Below, in pieces: positions 45,801 through 53,900 of a stretch of 64,000 bases of DNA. Source of the stretch: Rebecca billardiae RCC1528 (taxonomy: Eukaryota; Protista; Haptophyta); NCBI GenBank assembly GCA_965240325.2, contig OZ251226.1, positions 1,984,001 to 2,048,000 of the forward strand, in the 5' to 3' direction. Numbering within the stretch: position 1 is the first letter of the stretch; the number at the start of each line of letters is the position of its first letter. The notes under the pieces were generated by a model. That model was not told where the DNA came from, did not search any database, and saw nothing but the letters and a program-made list of their open reading frames with translations. A program made the translations under genes and the position numbers.

Positions 45801-47203
45801 CGCACGCACGCCGCCTCGCCGCGCACGCAGCACTGCGAGCCGGTGAACCAGGCGTCAGCGGGCGGCGGCGGCGACAGCTCAGAGTTGCGCGTTGGCGTGG
45901 GCCGGGGCGAGCGCGCAGCTCGCGCGCCGGGCAGCGCGGCCGACGGCGCGGGCCTCGCGTTGCACGCGAAGCCCCCGGGCGCGCACGTGAGCATGTCCGT
46001 GAGCCCGTGCACGCAGCACACGCCGCCGTGCGAGTGCTCCTCCCAAACCTTGACCAGCGACAGGAGGGTGTTGGGCTGCGGCCCTGCCGGCCCGGCGCTG
46101 TCGTGCGCGCCAGCAGGGCCGGGGCGGTTGCGCTCGGCGCGCGAGAGGCGCAGCGGGCCGGCTGAGAGCCGCGCGGTGCCTATCGAGTCCACGTCGTACG
46201 CCACGCACTCGGGCTGGCGCCCCGCGACGCACACGGGCGGCGGCGGCGGCGGCGGCGGCGGCATCGACGGCGGGAGCGCGGGCGGCGTGGGAGGCGGCGA
46301 GCGCGGCGGCGGCGGCGCCGCCGGGCAGCCGCCGCCGGTGCATCGGCAGCACCCCGTGCCTGTCCACACCGCCGCGAAGCTCGCCTCGCACTCCCACTGC
46401 CGCAGCGCGATGTTCGAGTCGAAGGTTCCGACAGCCTCGCACTGGTAGTCAGCCACGCCGCCAGGCAGGCAGCACATGCGGCCCGTCCACCACAGGTCGC
46501 GGTCCATGAACCAGGCGCGCGCGGCCGGCGCGCAGGCGCTCTGCGTGCCCGAGACGCACGCGTACCGCGAGCTCGCCTCGAACGGCAGGCAGCACTGCGC
46601 GCCCGTCCAGTACGCACCCGGCCGGTCGGCGCATGCGCCCTCCGTGCCGCGGACACACAGCGCGACGTCGGCGACGCAGCACGTCGAGCCCGTCCACCAG
46701 CCCTGCGGCGGCGTGCAGCTGCGCGAGTCGCCATCGGTGCACATGGTCACGTCGTTCACGCAGCACCGCCGCGATTCCACGTCCCATCGCAGCCCGCTCG
46801 CGTAGCAAGAGGACGGGCGTCCCGGTGCGCAGATGGTGCGCACGACGTCGCGCGCGCAGCACTGCGTGCCCGTCCACAGGCCGTGGCTGGAGATGCACTT
46901 GTCCAGCGAGCGCTCGCGCCTGCACGAGCTCGAACCCTTCACGCAGCACCGGCCCGCGCGCCACGTCATGGACGGGCCCGTGCACGCCCAGCGGAGCCCG
47001 GACGTGCACTCTTCCTGCGCGTCGGTGCTGCCGCTGCCGCTCTCGAGCCGGGAGGCCGCGGTCACCGCGGCGGGTGCAGAGTGCCGCCCCCCGCGATGCC
47101 GCTGGCCGTCGGCTGGGCACGTCGCCGTCCACAGAGCCGCTGCGAGGAGCAGCCGCGTCGCCGCGCTGCGCCGGCCTTCGCCTGGGCGCAACATCGGCGG
47201 CAT
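42896..47203 (-). CDS. Secreted/membrane-anchored Cys-rich repeat protein with ~20 W-T-G-x-x-C-C modules and an extensin-like SPPP stalk
   Basis: Signal peptide (RLLLAAALWTATCPADG); repeated C-x2-G-x3/4-C...WTGxxCC units; (SP2-4)n block near 43680-43890; hydrophobic C-terminus LSVALLCFGVGAVAISTV. Confidence 0.8.
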   Translation of the reverse strand: MPPMLRPGEGRRSAATRLLLAAALWTATCPADGQRHRGGRHSAPAAVTAASRLESGSGSTDAQEECTSGLRWACTGPSMTWRAGRCCVKGSSSCRRERSLDKCISSHGLWTGTQCCARDVVRTICAPGRPSSCYASGLRWDVESRRCCVNDVTMCTDGDSRSCTPPQGWWTGSTCCVADVALCVRGTEGACADRPGAYWTGAQCCLPFEASSRYACVSGTQSACAPAARAWFMDRDLWWTGRMCCLPGGVADYQCEAVGTFDSNIALRQWECEASFAAVWTGTGCCRCTGGGCPAAPPPPRSPPPTPPALPPSMPPPPPPPPPVCVAGRQPECVAYDVDSIGTARLSAGPLRLSRAERNRPGPAGAHDSAGPAGPQPNTLLSLVKVWEEHSHGGVCCVHGLTDMLTCAPGGFACNARPAPSAALPGARAARSPRPTPTRNSELSPPPPADAWFTGSQCCVRGEAACVRGTQGACSGRGLGAGVHYTGYAPSVGAGYCCALGRAEAEVVCARGTALGCESWWTGVRCCVAKDARENVVCAEGEAAACAAADGVFTGTQCCLPFGGYCGVGAAGLVGPDFAAGALSREQCDRVSGGWTGRVCCEHARAEEEVCAPGAAEMCSHAMALGLARWDYAKEQCCVRGAPTGGCVAVAPGTDCRLSAGLVYTGAACCASPLAAARAAAVEGATPEPSAADPALWPKECVPGDLLHCMGARAGSGDQIAPLWWTGAERAGGSGCCLPPGAKCTVAGGASAGGAPTGADDAAARAGGDDAGTAGGGGEGDAGTGDGSGGGGGGGGGGGGAAAAAGGGGGAVLPTPEDIAAAIAADAAGDDSFHLPALLGRSRHSAPPPSPPEDPAAACAHGRDSVWTGGACCQLPAQLLAVARASRARSPPPAPPPRPSPPPPPPSSPSPAPPALPHFSAAVGANAEPACQLPLRRPQCRRDERLEWTAQHGCCTVEPVVCAPGIEELCPLDVAIWAGLPVGADADTANGCCFRAGTLCAAMPRQSCAARSAMALRGGTRTVWTGFLCCTLPDPDALPAAASPAASGGSGPSAHASAPRSRSPALAAPALPKPAAVSTTRGSEPEAPAPQPGGRHRRQRVPSPQPPPPSPSPPPSPPPPSPSPPPPSPSPPPSPPPPPPSPSPPPSPPPPKPPPPSPSPPPPSPSPPPHSPSPSPSPPSGPSPAPGPTGGAAHTSLDSLRAAAEAWRRQQAERAAELEAQRTRPLAGHVPAAPAAPLPPPSPPRSVCVALSQRACRRFARGSRSPPLEWSSATRRCCNATALSCVPGEQRACERSERALWAAQVDSRTGDITPPRCCVLDAVCDGGAADAFCPANFVWTGARCCVPREALCYDADLGGMRSCADQWVQAHGAAQLQASSSAAAAAGADGGARVSTGMGAAAGRRLSVALLCFGVGAVAISTVRLRGGAALRRLM

Positions 47204-47343
47204 GATCAATTTCCAGCCGCGGCTGCAGCGACCGGCGAATCTCGTCGGTCGGCGGAAAAACATTTTCGCGCGCGTTTGCGGAAAAGAGCGCCGACCGAGG
47301 GCTGTTCATCATCGTCGTCGTCCGAGCGGGAGGGCTCCCTACC

Positions 47344-47469
47344 CGAGGCCGCGGCGCTCCCGTCTGACCAGTTGACGTTTGACCAGTCGATACCTACCCG
47401 GTAGGAGCCGTGCGTGCGCCGCTGGCGAAAGGCACTGTCAACTGGTCAGACGGGAGCGCCGCGGCCTCG
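47344..47469. repeat. Perfect 33-bp inverted repeat with a 60-bp spacer (MITE-like or hairpin)
   Basis: cgaggccgcggcgctcccgtctgaccagttgac (47344-47376) is the reverse complement of 47437-47469. Confidence 0.85.
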
Positions 47470-47844
47470 CACGGCGCGGAGAGGCCGATCCAGGGGGCGA
47501 CCGAGCCGCTTGGGCGCGGTCCATCTTGACCGGCCCTCGAGGTGCCCACAGCGCCGAACGCCCCTGCACGCCTCTCACCTCGCCGCGCGCGAGCGCGATC
47601 AACGGGCTCCACCAAGGGCCGTCATCCGGAGGCTCTGCTGCTGAGTCTGGGCTCTCCGGTGGAGTCTTGGTCTGGCCAGTAGCCTCTCATATGTACAGTA
47701 TGCGATTTCGTTACTATCTATGATAGTTCGTCCCTAGTTGTACGGTACGTACAGGTATTCGACTCCAGTATTCATCAGGCTCTTTTTTGGACTGATGATT
47801 ACCAGCCGCCGCGGCGCCCCCGCGTGGTCGATGCCTCGATGGGA

Positions 47845-48924
47845 CAAGGGTGGTCAGGGTCGCCGACTCCAGCGGAGTCCGGCGCCGGAGCTTCGCTTAC
47901 AGATTTTTGCAGCGGAGCGGCGCGCGCGGCCGCCGCCGCTGCGGCGGGCCGCTCGGGACGTGCACGGCGTGGGCTCGTGCGGCCGCTGCCGCGCACGCCG
48001 AGCGATCTGGCGCGGTGTCGCGGCTGGTTGATGGCCTCGCGCGCCGCAGCGTGCCGCGCGCCTTGCCTGACTTCGCCTGTCTCGCGCCTTGGCCGCCGTG
48101 CACTCATGCGCCGCCAAACCGCAAGCTCGGCATACCTCTCAGCCGAGCGTGCACGTGCCTTGCGCGACGCGACGCGGGCATTGCCGCCGGGCGATGTAGG
48201 CGTAGTGTGAGCGCGCGCCGTGAAGCCTCGGCGCGGATCGAGAACAATGAAATGATGCCGCGTACGCGCGTGGACCGTCTGTTCGTTGAGCAGTGCAGAA
48301 AGCTGCACGACTGACTCTCTTGCCGGGGCGATCGTCACGTCGCATCGTCACGCAAGGCTCACACACACGTCATAGTGGCCTTCGCCATTTTGGCTACAAC
48401 GCTCGACTAGAGTTCACGAGTCGCAGCGTCGCGATATCCCATCGTTCAACGGAGGACCGTGGTGATGTCCATTGGTGGTTGATGCGTCAGCAGTTGTCGA
48501 CAGCTGACCGAGACGTTGAAGACACTCTCGATCCGCGCCGAGGCTTCACGGCGCGCGCTCACACTACGCCTACATCGCCCGGCGGCAATGCCCGCGTCGC
48601 GTCGCGCAAGGCACGTGCTCGCTCGGCTGAGAGGTATGCCGAGCTTGCGGTTTGGCGGCGCATGAGTGCACGGCGGCCAAGGCGCGAGACAGGCGAAGTC
48701 AGGCAAGGCGCGCGGCGCGCTGGGGCGCGCGAGGCCATCAACCAGCCGCGACACCGCGCCAGATCGCTCGGCGTGCGCGGCAGCGGCCGCACGAGCCCAC
48801 GCCGTGCACGTCCCGAGCGGCCCGCCGCAGCGGCGGCGGCCGCGCGCGCCGCTCCGCTGCAAAAATCTGTAAGCGAAGCTCCGGCGCCGGACTCCGCTGG
48901 AGTCGGCGACCCTGACCACCCTTG
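47845..48924. mobile_element. 1080-bp foldback element with ~399-bp inverted arms and a 7-bp TSD (GATGGGA)
   Basis: Arms 47845-48243 and 48526-48924 are near-identical reverse complements (3 mismatches seen); ends CAAGGG...CCCTTG; GATGGGA at 47838-47844 and 48925-48931. Confidence 0.9.
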
Positions 48925-48925
48925 G

Positions 48926-50371
48926 ATGGGAGCTGTTGGTGCGGTCGCCCTGGTGTTGGCGAGCGCGTGGGGGCTGCAAGAGTCGGGCACAAGCGCTGCA
49001 AAGGATGCCGCGCAGCTCACGCGGCCGAACGCCACGTCGGTGCGTATCTGCCTGATCGCGCTGTACGAGTACGAGAAGCACACCCTCTTCCACCACCTCG
49101 CCTACCATCGGCTCATCGGCGTCGAGAGCGCGTGGGTTTACATTGACGACCGCACGGCGGACCCACCGGAGAGTGCTGCGTGGCTCGAAGCGCTGCGGTC
49201 GTGGGACACGTACGTTCGCGTGTTCCCCTGGACCACCACGCGTGTCGGGAACCAGGACGAAGCCCGCGGCCACTGCATCCGCACGACAGAGGCCGCGCGA
49301 GACGTGGATTGGCTCACGTTTCCCGACGGCGACGAGTACATGCATTTTGGGGCCCCGCGCCACAGGCGTGGCAACGGAAGCAGCTGGGAGGCGTGGAGCC
49401 TGGCCTCGGTACTCCGCGGCGTGCCTGATCACCTCCTTGGCTTGATCATGCCCAGGCTCTTCTTCAACGACGTGAGCTCAGTCAAAGGCGTTCCACGCAC
49501 GCCGGTGCCGCCGACGGAGACGCTTGGGCCTTTCTTCTTCGAGCCGCAGGTGTACATGCGGACACTGGCGGCCGCCGGCGAGGAGCGGTCATTCGCGAGG
49601 TGCTGGGGCAAGCCGATCATACGCGTCGGCCGGGGGGTCGGGGCGTGGCAGCACACGGTGATCGAGCTGTACCCTCCCTCGTACGTGAGCAACGGCTCGT
49701 TGGAGATCATGCCGTACCCGGCGCCCCTCACCTCGCTCAGAGCGAACAGAGACTGCGCGTTTGGCAACGATGGGGTCGGTGGTCCGGAACGGTACGCACG
49801 CTTCTTGAAGGCAGGCGGCCAGTGGCCGCGCGGCGTGGACCTGACTGACGTGGAGGCAAGCGCGCACCCTGAGAACGGCAACGCGCTGCTGAAGCTCTAT
49901 GAGTACGGAGACCTGCAGCTCTACCACTACTACTCGCGCTCGTACGCGGAGTGCAGGCTGAAGAAGTACAGGCAAGGGCACGGCCGCGACGCGACCATCG
50001 CGCTCGGTGGTCCGAAGCAGCATCGAACGACGAATCCGATGGGGTGCCACATCAAGCTGAAAGCGACGACCCTCGTGTCCGGCCTCGGTGAGGCGGCGCA
50101 AGCGGCACAAGATCTCGTGCACTCGGTGTGGCCACGCCTCGCTGAGCTCGTCCCGGTCGACACGTCCCAATGGCGCTCACCGCATCGGCCAGAGGTCCCG
50201 GAGAAAGGCAAGCACGATCGCTCCGGTAAGGATGCATCATCATCACATTCACAACCGGTGACCGTCTTCACACGCCCGTGGGCGACACATCGCCCCGGGC
50301 TGCCAATCAAGTCTCGCCCAGGTCACAGTCATGGGCACTCGTCAACGTCCTCATCGAGTGCGGGCCGATAG
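48926..50371 (+). CDS. Glycosyltransferase, GT92/DUF23 or Glyco_tranf_2_4-like, 481 aa
   Basis: Signal/anchor MGAVGAVALVLASAWG; ICLIALYEYE..LFHHLAYHRLIGVESAWVYIDD; NQDEARGHC; DWLTFPDGDEY (DxD); LYHYYSRSYAECRLK. The 5' part of track ORF 48293 is foldback DNA. Confidence 0.82.
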   Translation: MGAVGAVALVLASAWGLQESGTSAAKDAAQLTRPNATSVRICLIALYEYEKHTLFHHLAYHRLIGVESAWVYIDDRTADPPESAAWLEALRSWDTYVRVFPWTTTRVGNQDEARGHCIRTTEAARDVDWLTFPDGDEYMHFGAPRHRRGNGSSWEAWSLASVLRGVPDHLLGLIMPRLFFNDVSSVKGVPRTPVPPTETLGPFFFEPQVYMRTLAAAGEERSFARCWGKPIIRVGRGVGAWQHTVIELYPPSYVSNGSLEIMPYPAPLTSLRANRDCAFGNDGVGGPERYARFLKAGGQWPRGVDLTDVEASAHPENGNALLKLYEYGDLQLYHYYSRSYAECRLKKYRQGHGRDATIALGGPKQHRTTNPMGCHIKLKATTLVSGLGEAAQAAQDLVHSVWPRLAELVPVDTSQWRSPHRPEVPEKGKHDRSGKDASSSHSQPVTVFTRPWATHRPGLPIKSRPGHSHGHSSTSSSSAGR

Positions 50372-50562
50372 ACGATGCGGCGCAGGCCACATCCCGCGCA
50401 GCGCACGTTCTCAACTTCGCCGATCTGCTCACGTCGCGCGAACCTATCGCGAGCGCAGCATTCGATCAGTGGGTCATCATGGATGAGCGGGAAGCTGCAT
50501 CTGCGCTGGCGGCGGGGCGTGTGCGGCTACGGCAGCGGCAGCGGTAGCAGCAGCGGCTGCGT

Positions 50563-50650
50563 CGGCGGCTGAGCACGCCGCTGCGGCTGCGGCAGCAGCT
50601 GCGCCGGCGGCCGAGCACGCCGCTGCGCCTGCGGCAGCAGCTGCGCCGGA
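50563..50650. repeat. 42-bp tandem repeat (about 2 copies)
   Basis: cggcggc(t/c)gagcacgccgctgcg(g/c)ctgcggcagcagctgcgc repeated. Confidence 0.7.
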
Positions 50651-50938
50651 GGCAGTCGGCGCGCGGCGGCTGCTGTCACTACAGCCCGGCAGAGCGGCGG
50701 CCCCGGCCACCGGGGCGCGGCTGAGCTCGGAGTACGTCGGATGACCAAACCAGATGGCAGATGGTACCTCAGCACTTATAGGACCTTAGACTTATAGGAG
50801 TAGCAGCAGCGCAGTAGTAGTACAGCGCGTAGATTCGTAGTCAGACGATTTGGTTTAATACCATATAGCCGCCGCGGAACGCGGTTCAATGATGATGATA
50901 TGCTGGCGACTGAGACGACGATGTTGAATAATATATCG

Positions 50939-53900
50939 TCAGATTGCCAGACGATCATCATCGTCGTCGTCGTCGTCGTCGTCGTCGTCATCATCATCGA
51001 CATCGTCGTCCTGCTTGAGGACAAAGCGGGGACCGCCCCCCGCGGGCTGGGTGCTGCCGCCGGCGGGCTGCTCCAGCGCCACGGGCACGTCGTGCACCGC
51101 CACGGGTGCTGGCGGCGCGCTCGTCGTCGCTTTCCGAGCCGCCTGCATCGAGCACATTTGCGTGCCCGACGCGTCGACGGCTGGGAGCGCCGCAGCCGCC
51201 GCCCCGGCCGCAGCGCGCGACTCTGTGAAGTCAAACTCAAATTCTCCGTCGTCGTCCGCGGCAGCGGCGCCCGCGCCCTGCCGCGCGGCACTGGTGGGCT
51301 CGACTCCGCGCGCAGTGTGGCCGTGCGCGCGCCCACATGCCGCTCGCATCACCCAGGCCGGGCGAATGCGCTCACCACCGCGCGCGCCGGCCCCGCCCCC
51401 GCCGCCGCCGCCGCAAACTCCGCCGCCCAGGAAGCCGTCGTCGGCGCGAGCAGCGCGGCACGGCCAGCGCGGCCCGTCAGCCGCGTCGAGCGCACCGGCG
51501 CCCGCAGCGCGCACGGGCCGTGCGCCTGCCTCCGCATCCGCGCCGCCGTCGGCCGCGAAGGTCGGCACGCAGGGCGTCGACGGCTCGGCCGCGTCCGATC
51601 GCACCCGGCCGTAGTCGCCCCGACCGAGAGCCAGCGCGGCGAGCCCACGCCCGAGTGGGCACGCAGCGCCCGCCGCGTCGGCCGCCGCTCCGCCGCCGTT
51701 GGCCGCCGACGCTGAGCGCGACACGTGCGCGTGCGGAGCAGCGTCCGCGTCGAGCGACCAGCGGGAGCATCGCTCCGTCCCGCCGGGCAGCGCGAGGCAG
51801 CGCCGGATCGGAATCGCAGCGCCGGATCGGAGGCCTGCGGCCGAGGTGCGCCGAGAGCCGTCGGCGCACAGGCAGCTGCCGAGCGCGAGCGCGCCGTCCG
51901 CGGCCCCGGCGGGCGTGGCGGGCGTCTCAGCCGAGAGGCGGCGGGGCGGCGAGCACACGCGCGCGCCCAGCTCGTCCGCGTCGGCGCCTTCCGCCGACTC
52001 GTTGCGCCCGCACGGCACCCACGAGCCCGAGCGCATGTCGAAGACAACCATTGGCGTGTCCTCGCCGCCCGCGCCGTCGCCGCGTGCGGCGGCGGCGGCG
52101 GTGGCGCCATGCGCCGCGCAGCCGAGCACGCGCGCGCACGGCGCGCACGGCGCGCAGTGCCGTTCGCACAGCCTCGCCGCCATCGCGCGCGAGTAGGGGC
52201 GACACGCGAGCGCGACGCACGCCGCGAGCAGCAGCGTGGTCACGAGCAGCGTGACCACCAGCAGTGCAATCCCTGTGCGCGTGCCCAGCCCCGCCACCAG
52301 CCAGTCCGCGGTCTCGCGGGCCGCGCCGCCGGCCCCGCCGCCGCCGGGAGCCGGGGCCACTGGATTGAGCGCGGGCGCGGGCGGCAGCGGCGGCGGCGGC
52401 GGCGAGGCGGGCATGGCCGTGGCACCGCTCAGCAGCTTGGGCGGTGAGCACAGCTCTTCCGCGCGCTGATCTAGCAGCTCCGCACGGGGCGCGCACACGC
52501 GCACGCGTAGCTCTGCCTCCAGCAGCGCGCGCCACTGCGCCGCAGTCGGCGTGCACAGCAGCCCGCCATCGCCCAGCCACAGCGCGCGCGCGCACGGCTG
52601 CGAGCGCGGCTCGGCGGCCATGCTGGCGGCAGCCATGCTGACGGAGCCGGGCGCGTCGATGAGATCGATGCGCGGGGCAGGCGGCGCCGGCTGCGGCGCG
52701 CGTGCGCCGCCCGCGCCATCCATGGCACCGGAGCTGCCCAGCGCGAGCGCAGAGTCCGGGAGCGCGAGCGCAGAGTCCGGGAGCGGGTAGGAGAACACGG
52801 TCGCGCGCCGCACGCTCGCGAGCGCCCCTTGCGCCGGCGACGCCGGCGCGGGCGGCGGCGCCGCCGCCGGGCTAGCTCCTGAGCGCGCTGCTGGGCGCGG
52901 CGGTGGGCCTGCGACCGGCACGCACGCTCGCGCGCGCACGCCGAGCGCCGCCCGCACCGCCGCCTCCTCCGCACCGCCTGCGAGCGCGCCGCTGCCCGCG
53001 CCCGCAAGCAGCGCCGCGCCCTCCGCCGCCTTCTCGCCGCCCCGCGCCGCCGGCTGAAACACCGCGGACGACCGCGGCGGCGGCGGCGGCGGCTGATCGG
53101 CAACGCAGGGGCCGAGCCAAAGGGTGCCAGCGCCGTCCGCGCCGCCGGCACGCACGCCGAGTGCGAGCTCGATGCGCGCGTCCGACGTGTCCGCGGCCAT
53201 CCACGCGCGCGCGAGCACGCGCCCGTCAAGCAGCAGCTCCACCGCGCCGCCGCCAAAGCTCCAGCGCACGGCGAGCGCGTGCGATCGGCCGTCCGCCAGC
53301 GCGCCCGCGCGCGCTGACAGCACGCGGCGCGCAGTGTCGTCGTCGGCCGCGGCGGAGGGCGCGCGCAGCTGCAGCTGCAGCGAGTGGCTGGCTGGGAGGT
53401 ACGAGAGCGCGAGCCAGCTCGGCGGCGGCAGCGCGCCGAGCCGCGCGACGCCCGCGCCGCGCGCGCCCGCCAGCCAGCGCGCCAGAGGCACGGCCTCCGC
53501 CGCGCGGCGGCACGCGGTGCGGTTGAGTGCGCCCAGCTCGAGAAGCAGTGTGGCGCCTACGCCCAGGGGAGCGGCGGGCAGCGGCGCGGCGGCGAGCGGC
53601 GCGCCTGCGCCTCGCGCCCCGCCGTCGGCCTCGGCGTACGCACCCCGCCTACCGCTGTCGCTGCTGTTCGTCACCGCCGCCGACACCGCCGCTGAGCTGG
53701 CCGACGCCGCGCCGCCGAGCGGCGGTGCGGCGCGCCCGCGAGCGTCCGACGGTGGAGGTGTCCACGCCACCGGCACGCATGAGGCTGGGGCGAGCTCGAG
53801 GGTGGGCCGTGCGGAGGGGCCGCCGGGGGCCAGGCCGGCGGCAGCAGGAGCCCACGTGCGCGCCACGCGCAGCGCGCCGAAGCCCCGCCCGCGCACGTGC

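Noticed and set aside
45870-46180. Two intron-like in-frame stretches in the Cys-rich gene, possibly with GC donors
   Set aside because: Could not fix frame-preserving boundaries with a GTGCG donor; needs RNA-seq.
48293-48925. N-terminal 211 aa of the 692-aa track ORF
   Set aside because: Derived from the foldback element; the signal-bearing protein starts at 48926.
50278-50547. Short ORF overlapping the glycosyltransferase end
   Set aside because: Starts with GTG, has no motif and lies next to a tandem repeat; not enough support.
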